From the NCBI GenBank assembly GCA_963781885.1, contig CAWAHW010000004.1, forward strand, positions 320,001-384,000: 64,000 nt of DNA. The letters run 5' to 3'. This DNA comes from an uncultured Spirochaetota bacterium. Its GTDB lineage: Bacteria > Spirochaetota > Spirochaetia > SZUA-6 > Fen-1364. The notes beneath the pieces were generated by a model that had not been told where the DNA came from, made no database searches, and was given only the letters and a program-made list of their open reading frames with translations. The position numbers were made by a program, and so were the translations under genes. Each line of letters opens with the position of its first letter. Position 1 is the first letter of the stretch. Of the stretch, positions 51,423-59,549 are shown piece by piece.

Positions 51423-51755
51423 ATGTCGGCCCTCATCCTCGTCCCGCCCATCGCGCTCACGATACTCGTCCTTGTCGTCTGGGCGTTCTCCCGCGCAACC
51501 GGCGCCCTTTCGTTCAAGCGCAAGGGCGAGCGCGGCGCGCTGGACAAGCCATATGCCGGCGGCGAAAACATCGCAAAGCACCGGGTGCAGGTCGACTATG
51601 GCCAGTTCTTTCCTTTTGCGTTCTTCTTCACGATACTCCACGTGGTGACCCTCATCGTCGCCACCTCGCCCGGGCATTCACTCGAGAGCCTCGCAATCGG
51701 CGGCATCTATGTCCTGGGCGCGCTGCTGGGGCTTTTCATCCTTTTCCGGAGGTAA
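51423..51755 (+). CDS. NuoA-like subunit
   Basis: 3 TM helices with the KPYAGGE loop and FF.FA.FF. Confidence 0.75.
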   Translation: MSALILVPPIALTILVLVVWAFSRATGALSFKRKGERGALDKPYAGGENIAKHRVQVDYGQFFPFAFFFTILHVVTLIVATSPGHSLESLAIGGIYVLGALLGLFILFRR

Positions 51756-51761
51756 TGACGC

Positions 51762-52199
51762 ATGGGCGTTTTCAATAGAATCGTGCGATGGGGGCAGCGC
51801 AAGTCCCCCTGGATTCTCCACTTCAATACCGGTGCGTGCAACGCGTGCGATATCGAGATCATCGCCGCCCTCACGCCGCGTTTCGACCTGGAGAGGCTGG
51901 GCGTGCAGCTGAAAGGCACGCCCCGGCACTGCGACATCATGGCCTGCTCGGGTCCCGTGACGAAGCAGATCAAGGACCGGCTCATCCGCATCTACGAGCA
52001 GATCCCCGAGCCGAAGATCATCGTCGCCGTGGGCACCTGCGCCACGAGCGGCGGCGTCTTCAACGGGCTGTACAATGTGGAGGGGGGCATCGACAAGGCC
52101 ATCCCGGTCACCGCCTACATCCCCGGCTGCCCCGTGAGCCCGCAGGCGATCATCGACGGCTTCGTGAAGGTCATCAAAAGCCTCGAGGAGAAGAAGTGA
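51762..52199 (+). CDS. Group 4 [NiFe]-hydrogenase small subunit (NuoB-like)
   Basis: GACNACDIE (CxxC, hydrogenase type), GTCATSGG, PGCP. Confidence 0.92.
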   Translation: MGVFNRIVRWGQRKSPWILHFNTGACNACDIEIIAALTPRFDLERLGVQLKGTPRHCDIMACSGPVTKQIKDRLIRIYEQIPEPKIIVAVGTCATSGGVFNGLYNVEGGIDKAIPVTAYIPGCPVSPQAIIDGFVKVIKSLEEKK

Positions 52200-52741
52200 T
52201 GGACGTGCAGGCAATCAGCGCGGAGCTGCAGACGCGTTTCTCGCTCCCCGAGGGGGCGTTGAAGGTGCAGCGGGCCAGGCGGCTCTGGGTGGACGTGGAC
52301 ATGGCGGGTTTTCCCGCCCTTTTCGATCACGTCGTGAAAGGCATGGGGTTCAACATCCTCTGCACGATCACGGGCCTGGATCTGGGCGCCGACCTCGGCT
52401 ACATCTACCACCTCGCGCACGATTGCGGGATCATGGTGAACGTGAAGACGCGCAGCCCCAAGGGCTCCACCGTGAAATCCGTCACGCCCTACTTCCCCTG
52501 CGCCGACCTGTACGAGCGCGAGCTCGTGGACCTGCTGGGCGCACGCGTCGAGGGTCTGGGGCCGGGCCCGCGCTACCCGCTGCCGGAGGACTGGCCGGAG
52601 GGCGAACACCCGCTGCTCAAGGACTGGGCGCCGAAGAGTGCGACGACGGCCGGGGCAGCCCCGGCCGTGAGCGCGCCGGCGGCACCCGCGGCAACGCCCC
52701 CGCGGACCGCCCCGACGGAGAAAGGAAGCGCACCCGCATGA
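52199..52741 (+). CDS. NuoC/EchD-like subunit
   Basis: LCTITGLD, ADLYERE..DLLG, WPEGEHPLLKD; Ala/Pro-rich tail. Confidence 0.88.
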   Translation: MDVQAISAELQTRFSLPEGALKVQRARRLWVDVDMAGFPALFDHVVKGMGFNILCTITGLDLGADLGYIYHLAHDCGIMVNVKTRSPKGSTVKSVTPYFPCADLYERELVDLLGARVEGLGPGPRYPLPEDWPEGEHPLLKDWAPKSATTAGAAPAVSAPAAPAATPPRTAPTEKGSAPA

Positions 52742-53971
52742 GCGACATCGACAGGGTCGTCACGGTCCCCATCGGGCCGCAACACCCGGCCCTCAAGGAG
52801 CCGGAGAGCTTCATGGTGGACCTGCGCGGCGAAAAGATCGACGCCGTGCGCATCCGGTTCGGCTACAACCACCGGGGCATCGAAAAGGGCTGCGAGAACG
52901 CGGTCCTACACGCAGGACCTGTATCTCGTGGAGCGCGTCTGCGGCATCTGCTCGTTCTCCCATTCCACGGCCTTCATCCATGCCGTGGAGGAGATCGCGG
53001 GGCTCGAGGTGCCTGTCCGCGCAAAATACATCCGCACCATCATCGGCGAGCTGGAGAGGATACACAGCCACTTGCTCTGGCTCGGGGTGGCGGGGCACGA
53101 GATCGGCTTCGACACGCTCCTGATGTACACGTGGAAGGACCGGGAGCAGGTCATGATCCTGCTGGCGCGCCTGACGGGCAATCGCGTGAACTACGGCATC
53201 AACACCTACGGCGGCGTGCGCCGCGATATTGCACCCGAGATGATGCCGGAGATCTTGAAGGTGGTGGACTCGCTGGAAGAGCGGACAAAGCACTACATCG
53301 AGCTCGCCATGCGCGAGCAGACCCTGATCCAACGGCTCTCCGGTGTCGGCAAGCTCTCCAAGGAGGACGCTTTGTTCCTCGGCACCGTGGGTCCGACGGC
53401 GCGCGCTTCCGGGGTAGACCGCGACGCCCGGCGCGACGATCCTTATCTTGCCTACCCGGACGTGGAGTTCAAGGTCGTCATCGACGATCACTGCGACGTC
53501 TACGGCCGCACCATCGTGCGTTTGGGAGAGCTCATGCAGACCTACTCCATCCTGCGCCAGCTCATAAAGAAGATCCCCGACGGCCCCATCACGGTGAAGG
53601 CGCCGCGGCGCATTCCCGAAGGCGAGGCGGTGAGCCGCTATGAGGCCCCCCGGGGCGAAGACGTCCATTACGTGCGCGGCAATGGCACGGAGAAGCCGGA
53701 AAGGGTGAAAGTGCGCGCGCCCACGCTCGCGAACACCGCCTCGGTGGGCAAGATGCTGGAAGACGGCTACCTCGCGGACCTGCCCATCGTCGTGGCCGCC
53801 ATCGACCCCTGCTTCAGCTGCACCGACCGGATGGTGGGCGTGCGGGAGGGCGACGCTGCGGACAAGAAGACCATGAGCTGGGAAGAGGTCTCCCGGTACG
53901 GCGTGGAGTGGCACAAGGCGCGCGGTCTGGACTTCTCAACGCTGCGCATCCCCGGAGGCATCGAGGCATGA
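52738..53971 (+). CDS. Group 4 [NiFe]-hydrogenase large subunit; frameshift near 52895
   Basis: GPQHPALKEP, HRGIEK, L1 ERVCGICSFSH, L2 DPCFSCTDR, 46-aa C-terminal extension. Confidence 0.93.
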
Positions 53972-54909
53972 GCTGGGTCGTCGCGGGCGTGAATATCCTC
54001 ATCTTCCCGGGCATGTTCTTCCTGCTCGTGCTGGGGCTTGCCGGCCAGTTCGTGGACCGCAAGTTGTACGCGCGGCTGCAGGCCCGCGTCGGCCCTCCCT
54101 GGTACCAGCCCGTGGCGGATTTCTTCAAGCTCCTGGGCAAGGAATCGGTCATCCCCGAAGAGGCCGATCGGCGCATGTTCGTGATGGCGCCCGTTTTCGC
54201 CCTTGCCGCCGTTGTGGCCGCCTACCTTTACATTCCGCTCTGGAGCACGAAGCCTCTTTTCTCCTTCTACGGGGACCTCGTGGTCGTGCTCTATCTCCTT
54301 CTCATCCCGACGCTCACCTTTTTCCTCGGGGGGTGGTATTCACGCTCAGTATTCGCGACGCTGGGCGCCGTGCGCTCCATCACGCAGCTTTTCGCCTACG
54401 AGATCCCGCTCCTCATCGCGCTGATGTCCCCCGCCCTGCTTGCCGACACGTGGTCGATCTCCGGCATGACGGCCTACTACCAGGCTCACCCGTGGTACTG
54501 GCTTTTCAACCTGATCGGTCTCGGCGTCGCGCTGGTCACGCTCCTGGGCAAGCTGGAGCGCGTGCCCTTCGATGCACCCGAGGCGGAGACGGAGATCGTC
54601 GCCGGTAGCTTCACGGAGTACAGCGGGAGGCATCTTGCCTTCTTCCGCCTGGCCATCGATGCGGAAGCCATCGTCTCCTCGTCGCTGGTGGCCGCCGTCT
54701 TCCTGCCTTTCGGCCTCGGGCTGCCTTTGTGGCTGGGCATCATCGTCTATCTTGCAAAGCTCGCGGGCATCCTCTTCGTGCTCGCGCTCCTGCGCACCGT
54801 CTTCGCGCGCTTGCGCATGGACCAGATGATCAACTTCTGCTGGCGCTACGTCGCGCCGATCGCGTTCCTGCAGGTCATCATCGACCTCGTTATGAAGGAG
54901 TTCCTGTAA
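53968..54909 (+). CDS. NuoH/HycD-like membrane subunit
   Basis: DRKLYARLQARVGP, ADFFKLLGKE, PFDAPEAETEIVAG..TEYSG. Confidence 0.93.
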   Translation: MSWVVAGVNILIFPGMFFLLVLGLAGQFVDRKLYARLQARVGPPWYQPVADFFKLLGKESVIPEEADRRMFVMAPVFALAAVVAAYLYIPLWSTKPLFSFYGDLVVVLYLLLIPTLTFFLGGWYSRSVFATLGAVRSITQLFAYEIPLLIALMSPALLADTWSISGMTAYYQAHPWYWLFNLIGLGVALVTLLGKLERVPFDAPEAETEIVAGSFTEYSGRHLAFFRLAIDAEAIVSSSLVAAVFLPFGLGLPLWLGIIVYLAKLAGILFVLALLRTVFARLRMDQMINFCWRYVAPIAFLQVIIDLVMKEFL

Positions 54910-55352
54910 TGCGCGCACCCCGCCATCACCTGGGTGAGATGGTTTCCTCCGTGCTGGGCTCACTGTTCCGCAAGCCGGCAACCATCCGCTACCCTTATGC
55001 CCCGTTCAAGATGCCGGACCGGTTCCGGGGACCCCCGAAGTGGGAGTCGGACAAGTGCATCGGATGCAAGCTCTGCTCCCGCGACTGCCCCTCTCAGGCG
55101 ATAACGATCACGAAGGTCGGGGAGAAGCGATTCGACCAGACCGTGGATCTGGGCAAGTGCGTCTTCTGCGGCCAGTGCGCGGAGACATGCCCCCGGAAGG
55201 TGATCACGATGACGCCCGACTTCGAGCTTGCCCAGATCGACAAGCAGAACCTCAAGGTAACCTACCATGCATCGCCCGCCCCTGCCGCGCCCGCGCCGCA
55301 ACCTGCCCCTGCTCCAGGGCCTGAAAAAGGCGCTGGAGAGCCGCCGGCCTGA
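54909..55352 (+). CDS. NuoI/HycF-like 2x[4Fe-4S] subunit
   Basis: T..YP, CIGCKLCSRDCP, CVFCGQCAETCP. Confidence 0.92.
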   Translation: MRAPRHHLGEMVSSVLGSLFRKPATIRYPYAPFKMPDRFRGPPKWESDKCIGCKLCSRDCPSQAITITKVGEKRFDQTVDLGKCVFCGQCAETCPRKVITMTPDFELAQIDKQNLKVTYHASPAPAAPAPQPAPAPGPEKGAGEPPA

Positions 55353-55788
55353 CGCGAAAGTCGTCCTCCTGGGCGTGGGCTCGGAGCTGCGTTCCGACGA
55401 CGCGGTCGGACTCCTCGTGGCGCGCCGGGCCGCACGTCCCCCGATTCCCGGTGTCCACTGCATCGCCGCGGGTCCTGCGCCGGAGAACTCCACCGCCGCC
55501 ATCCGCAGGATCAACCCTTCGCACGTCATCATCATCGATGCTGCTGACATGGGCGCGGAGCCGGGCACGACGCGGCTCATCGATCCTGGGGCCGCGGGAG
55601 GCGCGTCATTTGCCACGCACGGACTACCGCTCGGCGTACTCGCGGGGTATCTTTCCGCGGAGACCGGCTGCACGGTGATTCTGGTCGGCATTCAGCCGCG
55701 GTCGCTCGATTTCGGGGAGAGCCTGACCCCTGCCGTGGCGGAGGCGGCGGATGCGCTGGTGGCCGCGCTTCGGGAGTGCCTGGGCTGA
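55267..55788 (+). CDS. hycI: Hydrogenase maturation endopeptidase (HycI-like)
   Basis: LGVGSELRSDDAVG, PEN, IIDAA, THGLPL, GIQP. Confidence 0.88.
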   Translation: MHRPPLPRPRRNLPLLQGLKKALESRRPDAKVVLLGVGSELRSDDAVGLLVARRAARPPIPGVHCIAAGPAPENSTAAIRRINPSHVIIIDAADMGAEPGTTRLIDPGAAGGASFATHGLPLGVLAGYLSAETGCTVILVGIQPRSLDFGESLTPAVAEAADALVAALRECLG

Positions 55789-55814
55789 CCGGAAAAGCGG
55801 CGTTCCCGCTTCTG

Positions 55815-58670
55815 CTACCGGGTATATTTCACGAGCAGGACGCTGTCGTCGCTTCCCCGATCCGCAGCGACTCCGGGGCCGAAGGCGTAAGACCGCGAAG
55901 AATCGATCCTGTCGTCAAACACCCCTGTTCCGCCGATCTGTCCCCCCGCATAGACATACCCGCCTGCGTCCACGGCGACCGAGGCGAACAGCGAGTTGGA
56001 CGTGCCGTGCGTCACGGTCTGTGCCTTTTGTGCCTCGCCCGAGGAGTCGTACGTGACGAGCACGAGGTTGGCTCCCTGCTCGCGATCCTGATTCTTGTAG
56101 CTGTAGGCTCCCGCGGCCGTGGTGCGGGGACCAAAGGCGTACGTTCCCGTCCCGTTAATGTATCCCGCCGCATAGACGTCGGCGTTTGCGCTCACGGCCA
56201 CGGCATTGAACGCGGAGCTTGCCGGGCCCGCGTCGATCGTGCGGGCCCACTGTGCCTGGCCGGAAGGGTCATACTTGGCGAGCAGCACGTTTGCGCCGGC
56301 GGCGGTTCCCGTCACCGAAACGCCGGGCGCGAAGGTGTACGCCCCTGTGCCATCCAAGCTTCCCGCCGCATATACATCGCCGTTGCCGTCGACTGCCACC
56401 GATTTGAGCTCCGAGTTGGAGGCCCCCGCGGAGACGGTCCGGGCCCACTGCGCCGCGCCGGAGGAATTGTACCGCGCCAGCACGAGGTTGATCCCGGCAC
56501 CTGGTCCCTTTGCCGTCACACCCGGCGAGAAGGTGTACGTCGACCGGTCGTCCATGTTTCCCGCGGCGTAGATATCGCCTTTTGCGTCCACCGCCACCGC
56601 GGTGAATTGCGATCTGCCTCCCGCGACCGCGCGCGCCCACCGGACCGCACCCGCGGCGCTGTAGGTGACCAGCACGGCGCTGGTGTCACTGGCCGCCTTT
56701 ATCTTGACGCCGGCTCCGAACGTGAATGCGTTCACGTCCACCGGCACGTTCATCCCGTCGATCGCCCCCGCCGCATAGACATTCCCTTCGGCATCGACGG
56801 CAACGGAATCATAGCCGGAAGGTGAGGGGGCAGTGCTCGCGGACCTGGCCCACAAAGCCGTGCCGTTCGCGTTGTACTTGACCAGCACGACATTGCGCGC
56901 GATGTTGACGTAGTCTCGATCGGTTCCCACCGCCGTGACGCCCGGCGCGAAGGCGTATGTCCCGTTGCCGATCCATCCCGCCGCAAGGATGTTCCCGCTT
57001 CCGTCTACCGCCACCGACAGAAATGCCGAGCCTCCCGACCCCGTGCTCACGGTCCGCGCCCAGAGCGCCGTGCCCGTGCGATCGTATTTCACCAGCAGGG
57101 CACCCCCGTTCCCTGCTGCTCCTTGAACGACGACCCCCTCCTCGAAGGTGTAGCGCGCCTCGGCCGAGATGTACCCCGCGGCATAGATATTGCCCGCGGC
57201 GTCCACCGCGACAGAGGAGAACGCCGCGGGCTCCATGAGAATGGAGGAGGTTTTCGCGGAGACCGTTCGGGCCCACAGGGGGGTGCCGCGGGGGAGACTC
57301 CCGTTCGATTCGGCACCGCGATCCAGCAGAAGCTCCGCGATCCCCATGTTCCCGTCTTGACCGGCCCAGGACAGCGCAGTCCGGCCGTCCTTGTCCCGCG
57401 CGTTGACATCGGCGCCATTCTCCAGCAGCACGTTGACGCTCCCATAGCGGTTGTTGTGAGCGGCCCACTGAAGCGCGGTCGCACCGTCCTGATCCGCCGC
57501 GTTGACGTCGGCGCCGTGCTTCAAAAGCAGGGCAGCAATGTCCATGTGGTCGTTCTGCAATGCCACGAACAAAGAGGTCCGGCCATTTGCGTCTTTCGCG
57601 TTGACGTCCGCGCCATTTCCCAGCAGGAAATCCTCAACGTCAAGGCGTCCTTCACGGGCGGCGACGTGCAGGAGGGCATCGCCATTTCCGTCCGCTGCGT
57701 TCACGTCGGCGCCATGGCGCAGCAGGGATTCCGCGCTCCCCCGGCGGCCATTGCGGACCGACCAGCACAGGACCGACGTGCCGTCCTTGTCCTTCACATT
57801 CACGTCTGCGCCGCGCGCCATCAACAGCTCGACGACGTCCGTCTTGTCATTCTTGACCGCCCAATACAGCACCGTCTCGCCGTCGTTGTTTTTCGCGTTG
57901 ACATCGATACCGGCCTTGAAAAGGGTCCCGAGGCTGCTTCTCTCGTCGTTGCGAAACACCCAATAGAGTGCCGAATTTCCGTCACCGTCCTTCACATTGA
58001 CGTCGACGCCGCTCTTCAGGAGCAATTCGACCATGTCCTGGCTTCCCACCTGCACCTCCCACAGGTAGAGCCGCCGGATGTCCGGATCCTGCGCGCTCAC
58101 TGCCGCGCCGTGGCGCAGCAGCACGTCCGCGATTTCCACGTCGTCGGCCTCGATTGCCGTGTTCAGGATGGTGCCGCCGTTGCCGTTTTTCAGATTCGCA
58201 TCCGCTCCATCCTGCAGCAGCTTTTCCACCACGTCCGACTGGCCCCCCTGCACGGCATGATGGAGAGGGGTCAGGCCGGCGTTGTCTTTCGCTTTGATAT
58301 CGGCGCCATGCTGGAGCAGGACATCGACGATCTTCGATGCGCCTTTCTCAGCACCCACCATCAATGGCGTCTGGCCGCTGCCGTCCTTCGCATTGACGTT
58401 TGCGCCATGCGAAATCAGCCAGGTGACCAGATCGACGTCGCGGTCCAGGACCGCCCCGTGAAGCACCGTCGCGCCGTTTTCATCGGCCGCGTTCGCGTCG
58501 GCTTTGTTCGTGATGAGAGCCATGACATCTGATGCCCTGCCGTCCTGGAGCGCGGATTTCATAGCATCCGACATCAACGGAGCATGCACGGGAGAGCCCG
58601 GCGTCGTTGAGGTGCATGACAGCAGGATGCAGGAAACCAACAAGAAAATCGCGCTGATCTTGGCGGGCAT
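55815..58670 (-). CDS. Lipoprotein with ~13 ankyrin repeats and a 7-repeat beta-propeller (SBBP-like)
   Basis: Lipobox LLSC; 33-aa G.T.L..A...LL..GADVN.KD units; seven W.RT...F.SVAVD..GN.YAAG...LVKY units. Confidence 0.88.
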   Translation of the reverse strand: MPAKISAIFLLVSCILLSCTSTTPGSPVHAPLMSDAMKSALQDGRASDVMALITNKADANAADENGATVLHGAVLDRDVDLVTWLISHGANVNAKDGSGQTPLMVGAEKGASKIVDVLLQHGADIKAKDNAGLTPLHHAVQGGQSDVVEKLLQDGADANLKNGNGGTILNTAIEADDVEIADVLLRHGAAVSAQDPDIRRLYLWEVQVGSQDMVELLLKSGVDVNVKDGDGNSALYWVFRNDERSSLGTLFKAGIDVNAKNNDGETVLYWAVKNDKTDVVELLMARGADVNVKDKDGTSVLCWSVRNGRRGSAESLLRHGADVNAADGNGDALLHVAAREGRLDVEDFLLGNGADVNAKDANGRTSLFVALQNDHMDIAALLLKHGADVNAADQDGATALQWAAHNNRYGSVNVLLENGADVNARDKDGRTALSWAGQDGNMGIAELLLDRGAESNGSLPRGTPLWARTVSAKTSSILMEPAAFSSVAVDAAGNIYAAGYISAEARYTFEEGVVVQGAAGNGGALLVKYDRTGTALWARTVSTGSGGSAFLSVAVDGSGNILAAGWIGNGTYAFAPGVTAVGTDRDYVNIARNVVLVKYNANGTALWARSASTAPSPSGYDSVAVDAEGNVYAAGAIDGMNVPVDVNAFTFGAGVKIKAASDTSAVLVTYSAAGAVRWARAVAGGRSQFTAVAVDAKGDIYAAGNMDDRSTYTFSPGVTAKGPGAGINLVLARYNSSGAAQWARTVSAGASNSELKSVAVDGNGDVYAAGSLDGTGAYTFAPGVSVTGTAAGANVLLAKYDPSGQAQWARTIDAGPASSAFNAVAVSANADVYAAGYINGTGTYAFGPRTTAAGAYSYKNQDREQGANLVLVTYDSSGEAQKAQTVTHGTSNSLFASVAVDAGGYVYAGGQIGGTGVFDDRIDSSRSYAFGPGVAADRGSDDSVLLVKYTR

Positions 58671-58773
58671 GAAATTCTCCTTGGCCGATCTGGCACCATC
58701 TCACCCACATCGGTCCGCGCACCGCGGACGGCCCACGCCGCGCGGATCGATGGCGGCGCGCCGCGCGGATTCA

Positions 58774-59391
58774 TTATGCGGCCCGCCTCCTCTTCAGCAG
58801 GTGGCGAAGAACATAAAGGACGACGAGTCCGGCAAGGATCACCAGCACCACGATGTCGATGAGGTGGCTGTAGCGGAGCACGGTGGACCAGTTCTTCTTG
58901 AGGACGAAGCCCACCCAGGTGAGGAACGAGTTCCAGAGGCCTGCACCGATCACGGTGAAAATGGTGAACGGCAGAAGGCTCATCCTGCTGATGCCGGCGG
59001 GGATCGAGATGAGGTGCCGTACCACGGGGATGAACCGCGAGATGAAAATGGTGAGAATCCCCCGACGCTGGAAGAACCTGTCCGTCATCGCGAGGTCCGA
59101 CTCGTCGAGCAGGAGGTATTTGCCGAAGCGGGTGAGGAAGGGCCGTCCGCCGAACCTTCCGATGGCGTAGCCGATGTATGACCCCACGATGCTTCCCAGC
59201 GTCGCCACGGCGATGACGCCCGCCCACGTGAGGGTGCCTTCCGCCACCGTGAAGCCCGCGAAGGGCATCACCGCCTCGCTGGGCATGGGAAGCACCATGC
59301 TCTCCGCGACCATCAGGAGAAAGACGCCCCCGTAGCCGATGCTGCCGATGATGTGCGTGCCGAATGCCGCGATCGATTCGGTTATCCCCAC
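58774..59391 (-). CDS. DedA-family membrane protein
   Basis: ESMVLPMPSE, GSYIGY.IG..GGR, SRFIPVVRHLISIPAG. Confidence 0.92.
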   Translation of the reverse strand: MGITESIAAFGTHIIGSIGYGGVFLLMVAESMVLPMPSEAVMPFAGFTVAEGTLTWAGVIAVATLGSIVGSYIGYAIGRFGGRPFLTRFGKYLLLDESDLAMTDRFFQRRGILTIFISRFIPVVRHLISIPAGISRMSLLPFTIFTVIGAGLWNSFLTWVGFVLKKNWSTVLRYSHLIDIVVLVILAGLVVLYVLRHLLKRRRAA

Positions 59392-59430
59392 CGCTCGCCT
59401 CCGCACAGACTGTATCACCAGGACGGCCCT

Positions 59431-59476
59431 CAAACAGGAAAGCGCCTGTCGTCAGGGTGCTCCCGCCGACAGGCGC
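59431..59476 (-). terminator. Putative intrinsic terminator after hppA
   Basis: 10-bp stem GCGCCTGTCG/CGACAGGCGC followed on the minus strand by TTTCCTGTTTG. Confidence 0.55.
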
Positions 59477-59549
59477 CTGTTCCGTGCGCCCTGCGCGGGC
59501 GCACGTCCGTCCTTCTTGCCGGTTCGCGTCCCGCGCGACCGGCCCGGGA

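Noticed and set aside
45925-55352. NADH:quinone oxidoreductase (nuo) operon
   Set aside because: The D-like subunit keeps both CxxC Ni-binding motifs, the small subunit has CxxC rather than CC, a maturation protease is present and there is no NuoEFG.
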